In this document: positions 48,038-59,383 of the stretch, in pieces
How positions within the stretch are numbered: the first letter of the stretch is position 1
How the letters are laid out: each line of letters begins with the position of its first letter
Assembly (NCBI RefSeq): GCF_049584895.1
Contig: NZ_JBAUYR010000097.1
Location: 2,921-66,920, forward strand
Origin: Candidatus Binatus sp.
GTDB lineage: Bacteria; Desulfobacterota; Binatia; Binatales; Binataceae
DNA length: 64,000 nt
Direction of reading: 5' to 3'
Notes under the pieces: model-generated
Database searches by the model: none
Seen by the model: the letters and a program-made list of their open reading frames with translations, nothing else
Told to the model about the DNA's origin: nothing
Made by a program: the position numbers and the translations under genes

Positions 48038-48973
48038 ATGCTTGGCCAAAATCGCACTTCGATTCTGCCCTGCCCTTTCCTGCGAATTGCGGGCCAAGAG
48101 GTAGTTGCGATCGCGCTCGCCGTTGCGCTGTCAGCATGCGCACCGTCGGCACTGACCTCGGCGCGCAGCCAAATTGCCGCCGCCAATTATCCGGCAGCGC
48201 GTCAAGAACTGGTCGTTCTGTCGGCCCGCACGGACCTGAGCGAGAGCGAGCGGATCGAGGTGAAGGACGATCTATGTCTATGCGATTTCAAGATCGGGCG
48301 GCCGACTTACACGCTGGCCGAGCAACGCGGCGTGTGCATGGACGCCGCGAAGGAGCCGGGCAGCCAGAGCGCTTCGATAGTCGCGCAAATCGACGAGGCC
48401 GAGCGCCTCAAGGATACGCAGTTAGTAGAAGCCGCCCTGACCGAGCGTGACCTGGCCGACGCCGAGAGCGCAGCCACTGACTATCAGCGGATGCCTGGAG
48501 CCGATCCCGCAACGGTTGCGCGATGGTCGAAGGAAATCTGGACGCTGGCAGATACGCAGGTGTTCGCGGATTCGGTGGCCAAGAAGCATTCGCTCGGAGG
48601 CGCCATCGCCGAGGCACGCAAAAACCATCCGAAGGTCGCAAAGATGAGTCCGAGCCAATTCGACCAGTGGGTGGTCATGACTTCGACGGTTTCGGGAACC
48701 GCACTGGTGTCGAACGTAGAAATTAAGGACTCGACGCTTAATCTTTCGGTCGACGAAGCGAACTTGCCGGTGGTCGCGCTCAGCCTCGACCGACTTGCCA
48801 CTATCAACGACGCGATGGTGGCTCGATGCGGTTGCGACGCGCGCACCAATGTGGCCGTCGCTGAGACCGGCTTCCCCGCCTACTTCATCAGGCTGGATCC
48901 CGAGACTCGGATGTCCGAAGTAATGATTCTGCCGCGCGGGGACCACGCGATCGTATCGGCCAACTCGAACTGA
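48038..48973 (+). CDS. Hypothetical lipoprotein
   Basis: Lipobox LAVALSAC. No family recognised. Confidence 0.5.
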   Translation: MLGQNRTSILPCPFLRIAGQEVVAIALAVALSACAPSALTSARSQIAAANYPAARQELVVLSARTDLSESERIEVKDDLCLCDFKIGRPTYTLAEQRGVCMDAAKEPGSQSASIVAQIDEAERLKDTQLVEAALTERDLADAESAATDYQRMPGADPATVARWSKEIWTLADTQVFADSVAKKHSLGGAIAEARKNHPKVAKMSPSQFDQWVVMTSTVSGTALVSNVEIKDSTLNLSVDEANLPVVALSLDRLATINDAMVARCGCDARTNVAVAETGFPAYFIRLDPETRMSEVMILPRGDHAIVSANSN

Positions 48974-49064
48974 GCTCTGGCTCGCCCAACTCTTCGGCGT
49001 TCCTGGGCCGCTTAGTCATAAAAAATGTTTTGTGCTAGTCATGCCAACTGACTAAGTATCGCAA

Positions 49065-50165
49065 TTGCGTAACCGCGGTCGGCCGCGCGGTCTGGGAGCT
49101 GCGAAAATCTTGTACGCACTTATGCAGCGCTGGTGCCTGACGATTGCTGTTATCGGTTGCGCCCCGGTTGCCGCATTAGCCGACGACTGGGGGATGGGCG
49201 CTTCCAACTCGAAGATTCCCCCGAGCGGCGTCTTCGATGCCGTTTCGACCCCTGCTCACGAAATTAACACCGTCGCATTCTTTGTAATCTCGATCACGGC
49301 GGTAATTTTCCTTATTGTCGCCGGACTGCTCGTTTACAGCATCGTGCGATTTCGCGTCCGCCCGGGCGACGACGGCCGCGAACCGCCGCAGGTCTACGGC
49401 AGCAATCCGATCGAGTTCGCATGGACGACGGTCCCCGTCCTCATTGTATTGGTACTCACGCTCGTCACGATCCGCACCATATATACGGTGCAGGCGCGGG
49501 CGCGGCCGCCCGGCGCGCTGAGCGTCCATGTGATAGCGCATCAGTGGTGGTGGGAGTTCCGCTATCCCGGCTTCGGCATCGTCACCGCCAACGAACTTCA
49601 CGTCCCGCTCAGCGATCCCAAAAGCCCCACGCCGACGTTTCTCGACCTCGAGTCGGCTGACGTCGCGCACAGTTTCTGGGTCCCTCGCCTGGCGGGCAAG
49701 ACTGACGTAATCCCCAACAAGAAAAATTCGATGTGGATCGATCCGCACGTCGCCGGCACCTACCTCGGGAATTGCGCCGAGTTCTGCGGCACCGAGCACG
49801 GCATGATGTTGCTGCGGGTAATCGTCGAGCCGCGCGCCGATTTCGATCGATGGGTCTCCGCGCAGAAGGAGCCGCCGGCGATGGACGCGTCGGCTGTGCA
49901 CGGACGCCAGGTCTTCGAATCGACCGCGTGCGTAAACTGTCACACGATTCGCGGCACTCAGGCCGACGGGCGGTTCGGTCCCGACCTCACACATCTGATG
50001 ACTCGCGAGACGATTGGCGCCGGCGTCGCGATGAATACTCGCGATCACCTCAAAATCTGGGTGAACGATCCGAGCATCATGAAACCCGGCGCGTTGATGC
50101 CGGCGATGAACCTCGGCGACAAGGACCTCGACGACCTCGTCGCCTACCTGGCGACCTTGCGCTGA
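49065..50165 (+). CDS. ctaC: Cytochrome c oxidase subunit II with fused C-terminal cytochrome c domain (caa3-type)
   Basis: CuA site CAEFCGTEHGMM and C-terminal CVNCH. The start is uncertain (TTG at 49065 or ATG at 49122). Confidence 0.9.
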   Translation: MRNRGRPRGLGAAKILYALMQRWCLTIAVIGCAPVAALADDWGMGASNSKIPPSGVFDAVSTPAHEINTVAFFVISITAVIFLIVAGLLVYSIVRFRVRPGDDGREPPQVYGSNPIEFAWTTVPVLIVLVLTLVTIRTIYTVQARARPPGALSVHVIAHQWWWEFRYPGFGIVTANELHVPLSDPKSPTPTFLDLESADVAHSFWVPRLAGKTDVIPNKKNSMWIDPHVAGTYLGNCAEFCGTEHGMMLLRVIVEPRADFDRWVSAQKEPPAMDASAVHGRQVFESTACVNCHTIRGTQADGRFGPDLTHLMTRETIGAGVAMNTRDHLKIWVNDPSIMKPGALMPAMNLGDKDLDDLVAYLATLR

Positions 50166-50178
50166 TGGAGATGAGAGC

Positions 50179-51864
50179 ATGGCGGGCACTATCGATCAGC
50201 AGATTGCTCTCGGCGCGATAGACGACGCGCAAGCGCTGCCGCTGCTCGGTAAGCTGCACGAGTGGGTCGTCACGGTAGATCACAAGCGGCTCGGCCTCAT
50301 GTACATCGGGGGCGGCCTCTTCTTTTTTCTGATAGCCGGCCTGCAAGCTGCGACGATCCGGCTTCAGCTCGCGTTCCCCGACGGCGCCATCGTGCCGCCG
50401 CAGGTATTCAATCGCCTACTGACGATGCATGGCACCGCGATGGTCTTCCTGGTTGGGATGCCGATCCTTACCGGCTTCTTCAACTACCTGGTGCCCCTGA
50501 TGATTGGAGCGCGCGACCTCGCGTTCCCGCGGCTCAACGCCTTCGGCTTCTGGCTGTGGTTCTTCGGCGCGATTCTCCTCTACTTCAGTTATATCGGCGG
50601 CGACGGTCTCTACGGCGCGGGCAGTGCGCCCGACGTCGGATGGTTCGCGTACGCACCGCTCACCGAGCTGCCGTTCTCGCGGGGCAACAGTACTGATTAT
50701 TGGATACTGAGTATTTTTCTGACCAGCGTCGGCACGACGGCAACCGCAATCAACATAATCGCCAGCGCGTTCTGCATGCGGTGCGAAGGGATGACGCTCA
50801 GCAAGATGCCGGTGCTGGTGTGGCTGGCGGTCGTCGTCGCATTCCAGATGCTGGTCGCGTTGCCGCCGCTGTCAGCCGCGCAGGCGATGCTGCTATTGGA
50901 TCGCTTCCTCGGTGCGCACTTTTTCGACACGCAGGCGGGCGGTTCGGCTATACTGTGGCAGCACTTCTTCTGGATCTTCGGCCATCCCGAAGTTTATATC
51001 CTGGTGATTCCCGCTTTTGCTTTCGCCTCCGAGATCATCCCGGTCTTCTCGCGCAAAGTGATTTTCGGTTACAGCGTCATGGTCGCTGCGTCGGCCGCGA
51101 TTGCGTTCGTGAGCCTGAGCGTGTGGGCGCATCATATGTTCTCGGTCGGCATGACGCCCGTCGGCAACTCGTTTTTCGCCGCCTCCTCGATGCTGGTAGG
51201 TGTGCCGACCGGCATCAAGATTTTCAACTGGCTCGGCACAATCTGGGGCGGGAAACTTCGCTTCAAAGTGCCGATGTTGTTCAGCCTCGCATTTATTTTT
51301 CAGTTTCTCGTCGCGGGGCTGACCGGCATCATGTTGGCCGTCGCGCCCTTCGATTGGCAAGTTACGGATACCTACTTCGTCGTCGCTCATTTCCACTATG
51401 TACTAGTCGGAGCGATTGTATTCATGGATTTTGCCGCTATCTACTATTGGTTCCCAAAGGCTACTGGGCGAATGCTCAGTGAGGCATTGGGTAGGTGGCA
51501 TTTCTGGCTATTCTTCATAGGCTTTCATCTGACATTTGACACTATGCACTTTGCGGGACTGCGCGGGATGCCCCGGCGCATCTATACCTATCAGCCGGGA
51601 CGCGGACTCGAGACGCTCAATCTGGTTGAGTCGATTGGCGCGCTGTTCCAGGGCATCGCCGTGCTCATACTAGTAATCAATATTGTTCGCTCGCTCCGCT
51701 CCGGCGAACGGGCAGGCAACGACCCGTGGGATGCTTGGACGCTCGAATGGTCAACGAGCTCACCACCACCGGAATACAATTTCGCCGAAGCGCCTAAGGT
51801 ACTCAGTCGCCGTCCGCTGTGGGACCTTAAACATCCGGAAGACCCGGACTGGAAGTACGAATGA
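50179..51864 (+). CDS. ctaD: Cytochrome c oxidase subunit I
   Basis: Canonical haem-copper oxidase sequence (WFFGHPEVYILVIPAF, HHMF, VAHFHYVL). Confidence 0.95.
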   Translation: MAGTIDQQIALGAIDDAQALPLLGKLHEWVVTVDHKRLGLMYIGGGLFFFLIAGLQAATIRLQLAFPDGAIVPPQVFNRLLTMHGTAMVFLVGMPILTGFFNYLVPLMIGARDLAFPRLNAFGFWLWFFGAILLYFSYIGGDGLYGAGSAPDVGWFAYAPLTELPFSRGNSTDYWILSIFLTSVGTTATAINIIASAFCMRCEGMTLSKMPVLVWLAVVVAFQMLVALPPLSAAQAMLLLDRFLGAHFFDTQAGGSAILWQHFFWIFGHPEVYILVIPAFAFASEIIPVFSRKVIFGYSVMVAASAAIAFVSLSVWAHHMFSVGMTPVGNSFFAASSMLVGVPTGIKIFNWLGTIWGGKLRFKVPMLFSLAFIFQFLVAGLTGIMLAVAPFDWQVTDTYFVVAHFHYVLVGAIVFMDFAAIYYWFPKATGRMLSEALGRWHFWLFFIGFHLTFDTMHFAGLRGMPRRIYTYQPGRGLETLNLVESIGALFQGIAVLILVINIVRSLRSGERAGNDPWDAWTLEWSTSSPPPEYNFAEAPKVLSRRPLWDLKHPEDPDWKYE

Positions 51865-51889
51865 AGGCGTTCTCTCATTTGCGATTGTC

Positions 51890-51924
51890 CCCCTTCCCTC
51901 GAGGGAAGGGGTTAGGGGTTAGGT
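51890..51924 (+). repeat. REP-like element copy 3: CCCCTTCCC-TCGA-GGGAAGGGG hairpin plus TTAGGGGTTAGGT tail
   Basis: Read directly from the sequence. It fills the ctaD-ctaE gap, and the tail ends 1 nt before the ctaE ATG. Confidence 0.8.
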
Positions 51925-51925
51925 A

Positions 51926-52528
51926 ATGGCCGCCGCACCTACCGTGATGCCCACTCCCGCAGTGACTTGGGCGGACACGCTCCCACGACGCGGCCGCGTC
52001 GGCATTATGGCGCTGATTCTCACCGAGTCCGTGTTCTTCTCGATTTTCGTAGTCGCCTACATCTTTTATCTTGGCAAAAGCCTGACCGGCCCGTACCCTA
52101 AAGACGTCCTGTCGCCTCCAATCCTGAATACCATCTGCCTGCTTTCGAGCAGCATCACGATCGTCCTCGCGATCCGAGCCCTGCGCGCCGGTTCGATCGG
52201 CACCTTTGCCCTATGGTGGTTCGTCACTTTCGCCCTCGGCGCCGAATTCCTGACCGGCACGGCCCTCGAATGGCATCGACTCATCTACCATGAGGGTCTA
52301 TCGATTCGCACCAACCTTTTTGGAACTACCTATTACTCATTAGTGGGTCTGCACGCGATCCACGTCACTGTTGGATTACTACTTATTCTGCTCGTGCTGA
52401 TACTGACTATGTGCGGATACATGAACGAACGACACATCGAGCGGACTGATGTGCTCTCATGGTATTGGCACTTCGTGGACGCCGTTTGGGTTGTAGTATT
52501 CCTGACCGTGTACGTGATCGGTCGATGA
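51926..52528 (+). CDS. ctaE: Cytochrome c oxidase subunit III
   Basis: Polytopic protein with a TYYSLVGLHAIHV motif; position right after subunit I. Confidence 0.85.
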   Translation: MAAAPTVMPTPAVTWADTLPRRGRVGIMALILTESVFFSIFVVAYIFYLGKSLTGPYPKDVLSPPILNTICLLSSSITIVLAIRALRAGSIGTFALWWFVTFALGAEFLTGTALEWHRLIYHEGLSIRTNLFGTTYYSLVGLHAIHVTVGLLLILLVLILTMCGYMNERHIERTDVLSWYWHFVDAVWVVVFLTVYVIGR

Positions 52529-52537
52529 GCTAATGCA

Positions 52538-53368
52538 ATGGCTATGCAGGAAAATCGCGACAACGTAATCGAAGTGCCTGCACCGACGCCATGGCCGATG
52601 CTTTTTGCGATCGGCTTGACGCTGTCCTTTGCCGGCCTCGTCACCGCCTTCACCGTCAGCATGGTCGGCTTCGTGCTCACGATCGCCGGCGCCGTCGGAT
52701 GGTTTCGCGAAGTGCTTCCGGTCGAACATCGCGAGACGGTTCGCGTCACGCCGATCGAGGAAGTCATCGTTCCCGCAAAAATCGGCGTCGACTATCTGCG
52801 AGTCGGCGAGCTGGGTAATCGCGCTGTGCTGCCGCTGGAAATCTATCCGTACTCGGCTGGCATCAAAGGCGGGATCGCGGGCGGCGTCGCGATGGCTGTT
52901 CTCGCTGTGGCGCAAGGCGTCATTTTTCACGGCAGTCTCTGGTACACAATCAACATTCTCGCCGCGACCGCGATGGCGAATCTCTCCAACGCCGACACGG
53001 CGACGCTTTGCAGATTCATCCCGGAAGCATTCGTCGTCGCACTGATAATTCACGCCTCGGCTTCGATCCTGGTTGGACTGCTCTACGGCGTGATGCTTCC
53101 GATGTTTCCGCGCTACCCGGCGCTGTGGGCCGCGATCGTCGCGCCGCTGCTGTGGACCGGTCTGCTGTGGTCGTCGCTACGCGTGATCAATCCGCTGCTC
53201 GACGCGCGCATCGAATGGCGCTGGTTCATTCTGTGCCAGATTGGGTTCGGCGCGGTCGCTGGTTTCGTAGTCAATCAAACAGAGCGCGTACATACGCTGC
53301 AGCATCTGCCATTCGCCGTTCGCACGGGGATCGAGGCGCCTGGTCTCGGCGAAGAGCGCAAGGACTAG
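52538..53368 (+). CDS. Polytopic membrane protein of unknown function embedded in the respiratory cluster
   Basis: ~7 predicted hydrophobic segments. No motif recognised. Tightly packed between ctaE and the dihaem cytochrome c gene. Confidence 0.6.
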   Translation: MAMQENRDNVIEVPAPTPWPMLFAIGLTLSFAGLVTAFTVSMVGFVLTIAGAVGWFREVLPVEHRETVRVTPIEEVIVPAKIGVDYLRVGELGNRAVLPLEIYPYSAGIKGGIAGGVAMAVLAVAQGVIFHGSLWYTINILAATAMANLSNADTATLCRFIPEAFVVALIIHASASILVGLLYGVMLPMFPRYPALWAAIVAPLLWTGLLWSSLRVINPLLDARIEWRWFILCQIGFGAVAGFVVNQTERVHTLQHLPFAVRTGIEAPGLGEERKD

Positions 53369-53375
53369 CATCAAG

Positions 53376-54080
53376 TTGAACGCGCGCAAGTCCAAATCGC
53401 TCCTCGCGAGCGCGGCGCTAACGGCAATCCTGTTCGCAGGGTGCGATTCGCTGCCCGGCCGCCCCACGCAAGCCGAGCTTCCACTGCGCCCTACCAATGT
53501 GACCGACTTCGCGACTCTGTACGGCGACAATTGCGCTGGATGCCACGGCGCCGACGGTAAGTCGGGCGCCGCAATCGCAATGAACAATCCCGTGTATCTC
53601 GCGATCATCGACGACGCTTCGATGCGCCGCGTCGTCGCCAACGGAGTTCCCGGCACTGCGATGCCGCCGTTCGCGCAAAGCGCCGGCGGTTCGCTGACTG
53701 ATCAACAGATCGAGATTCTGATCGCGGGCATCCGCAAAAGCTGGGCTGGCGCTGCGGATGCTGCCGCGGGTGCTCCGCCATATTCCAGTTCCACGCCAGG
53801 CGATTCGAACAATGGCGTGCAGGTATACGCGGCGAACTGTCAATCGTGTCACGGCCCCGATGGCAAAGGCGGAACGGCGGGTTCCATCGTCGATCCTTCA
53901 TACCTTGCGCTCGTCAGCGACCAGTACTTGCGCACGGTGGTGATCGCGGGACGCCCCGAGCTCGGCCATCCTGATTGGAAAAGTTCCGCCGGCGGACAAC
54001 CGCTAACTCCCCAACAAGTCTCCGACGTAGTCGCGTGGCTTGCATCGAAACGTCCCGCTCCGTTGGCACTGAGTAATTGA
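53376..54080 (+). CDS. Dihaem c-type cytochrome lipoprotein (QcrC-like position)
   Basis: Lipobox LFAGC and two CxxCH motifs (CAGCH, CQSCH). Confidence 0.82.
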   Translation: MNARKSKSLLASAALTAILFAGCDSLPGRPTQAELPLRPTNVTDFATLYGDNCAGCHGADGKSGAAIAMNNPVYLAIIDDASMRRVVANGVPGTAMPPFAQSAGGSLTDQQIEILIAGIRKSWAGAADAAAGAPPYSSSTPGDSNNGVQVYAANCQSCHGPDGKGGTAGSIVDPSYLALVSDQYLRTVVIAGRPELGHPDWKSSAGGQPLTPQQVSDVVAWLASKRPAPLALSN

Positions 54081-54081
54081 A

Positions 54082-54591
54082 ATGACTCAATCGGCTGAAA
54101 AGACCACTCGTCGGAATTTCCTATTTCGGATCGGAATAGTCATCAATGTGATCGCCGCTGCACTATTCGCAATACCTATTGTCGGCTACGTACTATCGCC
54201 TGCACGGCGCTTCACCTGGCTCGACTGGATAGCGCTCGGCCCACTGACTGGCTATCCGGAAAACCAGACGCGCCTCGCCGAGTATATAAACCCGTTCAAG
54301 AAGTCGTGGGACGGCGCGACCGCAAAAATCCCTTGCTGGGTGCGCCGGATGGAAGGCGATCAGTTCCAGGTCTTCGCAATCAACTGCACTCATCTTGGAT
54401 GCCCGGTGCGATGGTTCGCCGAATCCGAATTGTTCATGTGTCCATGTCACGGTGGCGTCTTCTACTCCGACGGCAGGCACGCATCGGGACCTCCGCCGCG
54501 ACGGCTCTATCAATACAAATACAAGGTCGAGGCGGGACAGCTCTGGATTTACGCCGGCCAGTTGCCGACGCTGGGCCAGCCGCAAGCATGA
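54082..54591 (+). CDS. Rieske 2Fe-2S protein (QcrA-like position)
   Basis: CTHLGCPVRW ... CPCHGGVF. Confidence 0.88.
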   Translation: MTQSAEKTTRRNFLFRIGIVINVIAAALFAIPIVGYVLSPARRFTWLDWIALGPLTGYPENQTRLAEYINPFKKSWDGATAKIPCWVRRMEGDQFQVFAINCTHLGCPVRWFAESELFMCPCHGGVFYSDGRHASGPPPRRLYQYKYKVEAGQLWIYAGQLPTLGQPQA

Positions 54592-56060
54592 TCGACGTGC
54601 TCAAATCAGTCTGGCGATGGCTCGACGCCCGCCTGCAAGTCGGCGGCACGATTGCCGAGGTTGCTGCGCATCCTGTTCCGCGCAGTTCCGCGAGCTGGTG
54701 GTACGTCTTCGGCAGCGCCACGCTGGTCGTCTTCATCTTGCAAGTAGTCACCGGCATCTGTCTCGCGACTGTCTACACGCCCGCCGCCGATCGCGCCTGG
54801 GACAGCCTGATCTACCTGAACTACCAGCAGCCGCTCGGATGGTATCTGCGCGCGCTGCACGGTTGGGGCTCCAACTTCATGGTCGCCCTGATGTTCATCC
54901 ACATGATCCAGGTCTTCCTGTTCGGCGCGTACAAATTCCCGCGCGAACTCACCTGGGTCGCCGGATGCGTCCTGCTTTTATCCACGCTCGGCATGGCATT
55001 CACCGGCCAGGTGCTTCGCTTCGATCAGAACGCATACTGGGGCCTCGGCATCGGCGCGTCGATCGCCGGCCGCACTCCGATCATCGGCTTCAAAGTCGTC
55101 GATCTGATTCTCGGCGGCCCAATCATCGCCGGCGAGACCCTGTCGCGATTCTTCGCGCTGCACGTATTCGTGATCCCGGGTCTGCTGATCGCCTTCGTCG
55201 GCCTGCATCTCTTCCTGGTATTGCGATTAGGCATTAACGAATGGCCGATGCCCGGTCGAATAGTCAGACGCAATACCTACTTGCAAGAGTACCAGGAGTT
55301 AGTACACAAAGACGGCGAACCGTTCATGCCATTCGCGGCGCAAAAGGATCTGGTCTTCGCCGGCCTCATCATATTGAGCCTGCTCGTCGTCGCCGCCGTC
55401 GAGGGGCCAATCGGTCCCAACGGCCAGCCCGATCCGACGATCATCCAGACGGTTCCGCGCCCCGACTTCTTTTTCCTCTGGCTATTCTCGCTGTTCGCAC
55501 TGTTGCCGCCGTGGACCGAGACCTTCCTGATGCTCACTGGTCCGGTCGCCGTCATCGGACTTATCTTCGCGTTGCCCTTCATCTCCCCCACTGGCGAGAA
55601 GAGCTGGCGGCGACGACCGATCTCAGTGGTGATCGTGATTCTCGTCGTCACGACTATCGCCACGCTAACCTGGCTGGGGACGTTCTCGCCGTGGTCGCCG
55701 GTGATGGACGCTTGGAGCGCCGCGCCGACGCCCATCGATTACGTGAAGGGCCGCACTCCGCTGGAACTACAGGGCGCGCTGCTGGTGCAGAGCAAGCAGT
55801 GCCGCAATTGCCACTCGCTCGGCGGCAACGGCGGGATGCGCGGTCCGGCACTCGATGACACGGCGACGCGCCTGACGCGCGATCAGATCGTTCGCCAGAT
55901 AGTTCAAGGCGGTGGCAACATGCCGGCCTACGGCAAGAACCTCACTCCCCCGCAGGTCAACGCGATCGTCGCATTCCTCGCCACGATGCATCCCGCGGGC
56001 GAACCTCCCGCGCGCGATTCGGCGCATCCCGCCATTCCCGCATCAGAATCGACCTACTGA
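54588..56060 (+). CDS. Cytochrome b (b plus subunit-IV-like part) with fused C-terminal monohaem cytochrome c domain
   Basis: ATG at 54588 overlaps the Rieske stop (ATGA). There are four His ligands in RALHGWG, MFIHMIQ, FALHVFV and VGLHLFL, and C-terminal CRNCH...MPAY. Upstream of 54588 the track ORF overlaps the Rieske gene out of frame. Confidence 0.85.
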   Translation: MIDVLKSVWRWLDARLQVGGTIAEVAAHPVPRSSASWWYVFGSATLVVFILQVVTGICLATVYTPAADRAWDSLIYLNYQQPLGWYLRALHGWGSNFMVALMFIHMIQVFLFGAYKFPRELTWVAGCVLLLSTLGMAFTGQVLRFDQNAYWGLGIGASIAGRTPIIGFKVVDLILGGPIIAGETLSRFFALHVFVIPGLLIAFVGLHLFLVLRLGINEWPMPGRIVRRNTYLQEYQELVHKDGEPFMPFAAQKDLVFAGLIILSLLVVAAVEGPIGPNGQPDPTIIQTVPRPDFFFLWLFSLFALLPPWTETFLMLTGPVAVIGLIFALPFISPTGEKSWRRRPISVVIVILVVTTIATLTWLGTFSPWSPVMDAWSAAPTPIDYVKGRTPLELQGALLVQSKQCRNCHSLGGNGGMRGPALDDTATRLTRDQIVRQIVQGGGNMPAYGKNLTPPQVNAIVAFLATMHPAGEPPARDSAHPAIPASESTY

Positions 56061-56068
56061 ATTTCACA

Positions 56069-56962
56069 GTGAACTCCGCAATACAAACCGCCTTCGATTC
56101 GTGGACGCCGCCCATCGCTACGATCGCGATGCTACTGATCACCGCCGGAATTTATGCGCGCGGTTTTTCTCGCCTACACCGCCAGATGCCTGATCGATTC
56201 CCCATCTGGCGACTCGCGATGTTCATGGCGGGGATCGCCGCGCTCTTCATCGCGGTCGCCTCGCCGCTCGAGGAGCTCGACGACCTGCTGCTGCAAATTC
56301 ACATGACGCAGCATCTGTTGCTGATGCTGGTCGCACCGTCGCTCCTGCTGGCAGGTGCGCCGGCGATCGCACTCGTGCGCGGACTTCCTCCGCGCATCGC
56401 CAGGGCAATCGTCGGCCCGATTCTCCGATCAGATGTCGTACGCCGATTCTTCGCATGGCTGACGGATCCGCTGGTGTGCTGGATAGCATTCGTCGTCGCA
56501 ACCTGGGGATGGCATTTGCCGGCAACGTTTCAGCTCGCGCTCCGCTCCGACGGATGGCACGTGGTCGAGCACGTATGCTTCTTCACGACCGCACTGATGT
56601 TCTGGTATCCGGTCATTCAGCCGTGGCCAAGCGCCGCGCGCTGGCCGCGATGGGCGATGCTTCCCTATCTCTTACTGGCAGACGGACAGAACACCATCCT
56701 CGCCGCACTCTTCATGTTTTCCGATCGGCTGATTTATCCTTTCTATGCGACCTCGCCGCAGGTCGCGGGTTTCACGCCTCTTGGCGACCAGGTTGTCGCC
56801 GGCGCTATCATGTGGGTGCCCGGTTCGATTTTTTATCTCGTGCCCGCAGCGCTGATCATGTTTCAGATGCTCGCGCCGCAAAGCCTGTCGCGCCAATCCG
56901 CGCACGAAGCTGACTTTCATCGCCGGGTCACGCGCGAGGTGCCGGCGGCGCCGCATTTGTAG
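56069..56962 (+). CDS. ctaG: Cytochrome c oxidase assembly factor CtaG (caa3_CtaG family membrane protein)
   Basis: HMTQHLLLMLVAPSLLLAG...WHVVEHVCFF... Confidence 0.75.
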   Translation: MNSAIQTAFDSWTPPIATIAMLLITAGIYARGFSRLHRQMPDRFPIWRLAMFMAGIAALFIAVASPLEELDDLLLQIHMTQHLLLMLVAPSLLLAGAPAIALVRGLPPRIARAIVGPILRSDVVRRFFAWLTDPLVCWIAFVVATWGWHLPATFQLALRSDGWHVVEHVCFFTTALMFWYPVIQPWPSAARWPRWAMLPYLLLADGQNTILAALFMFSDRLIYPFYATSPQVAGFTPLGDQVVAGAIMWVPGSIFYLVPAALIMFQMLAPQSLSRQSAHEADFHRRVTREVPAAPHL

Positions 56963-56981
56963 TTCGTAAAAGGAGACGCCC

Positions 56982-58619
<1,638 letters not shown>

Positions 58620-58698
58620 CGACATTACTAGCGTCTTCGGACGATCCATTTAATGGGAGGCGTCGCTATAGAGTCTCCAGTTTTCCCTTGCTTTTGGT

Positions 58699-58989
58699 TC
58701 ATCGGGCGAGTGCTCGGCTAACCGCCTTCGGTTCGCGCGCGATTACAGTCAAAAACACGCGGGCTGTTCTATCCGGCTTTCTGCGACGTTGCTCCCAATC
58801 TTGCACCGCGTCGATCGCAAGTCCAAAACGCCGGGAGAATTCCGATTGCGAGCACTTCAGCTTTTTTCTCAATGCCTTAACGTCGACATCTTCCGGCACA
58901 TGCACTACGAAACCATCGGTAGTTTCTCCGCGCGCGAATGCGCGAGCTTCCTTGGCAGCTCCGATAAGCCGCGTCCCAATTTTAGACAT
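58699..58989 (-). CDS. XRE/HigA-type HTH antitoxin
   Basis: [37 protein letters not shown] at 58989 overlaps the toxin stop by 8 nt. Confidence 0.75.
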   Translation of the reverse strand: MSKIGTRLIGAAKEARAFARGETTDGFVVHVPEDVDVKALRKKLKCSQSEFSRRFGLAIDAVQDWEQRRRKPDRTARVFLTVIAREPKAVSRALAR

Positions 58990-59335
58990 GGCGCTTAACT
59001 CCCTTCCTGTACGCACGAACGATGTCGCGTAAAATTCCCTTCAACTCATTCCTCTCCGCTTTCGTCAGATTCGCTTTCTCGTCCTTACGATAGACCGCCA
59101 GCAAAAAGACCGGAACGTCTTTTCCTGAATAAAACGTGATGACTCGATATCCACCGCTCTTTCCCTTGCCACGACCTGCGACGCGGACTTTGCGGGCGCC
59201 ACCGGTGCCGCGGATTTCGTCACCAGCTATAGGATTGTTCGCGATCGCTTCGACCACCGCTTCCCTTTCGCGCTCCGTCAGTCCATTCGCCCTGGCGTCA
59301 ACCAGATAAGCGGGAGTCTCGACGATTGTATGCAT
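58982..59335 (-). CDS. RelE/HigB-superfamily toxin
   Basis: [25 protein letters not shown]...[16 protein letters not shown]. Confidence 0.75.
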   Translation of the reverse strand: MHTIVETPAYLVDARANGLTEREREAVVEAIANNPIAGDEIRGTGGARKVRVAGRGKGKSGGYRVITFYSGKDVPVFLLAVYRKDEKANLTKAERNELKGILRDIVRAYRKGVKRHV

Positions 59336-59383
59336 CGATTATGATATACGGCATTGCCGGAGGTGTCAAAAAAGATTGTTGCG

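Noticed and set aside
47813-48097. 94-aa minus-strand ORF upstream of flp, considered as a missing tad component
   Set aside because: Its composition is Arg-rich and non-protein-like. It overlaps the candidate promoter and the start of the + strand lipoprotein gene.
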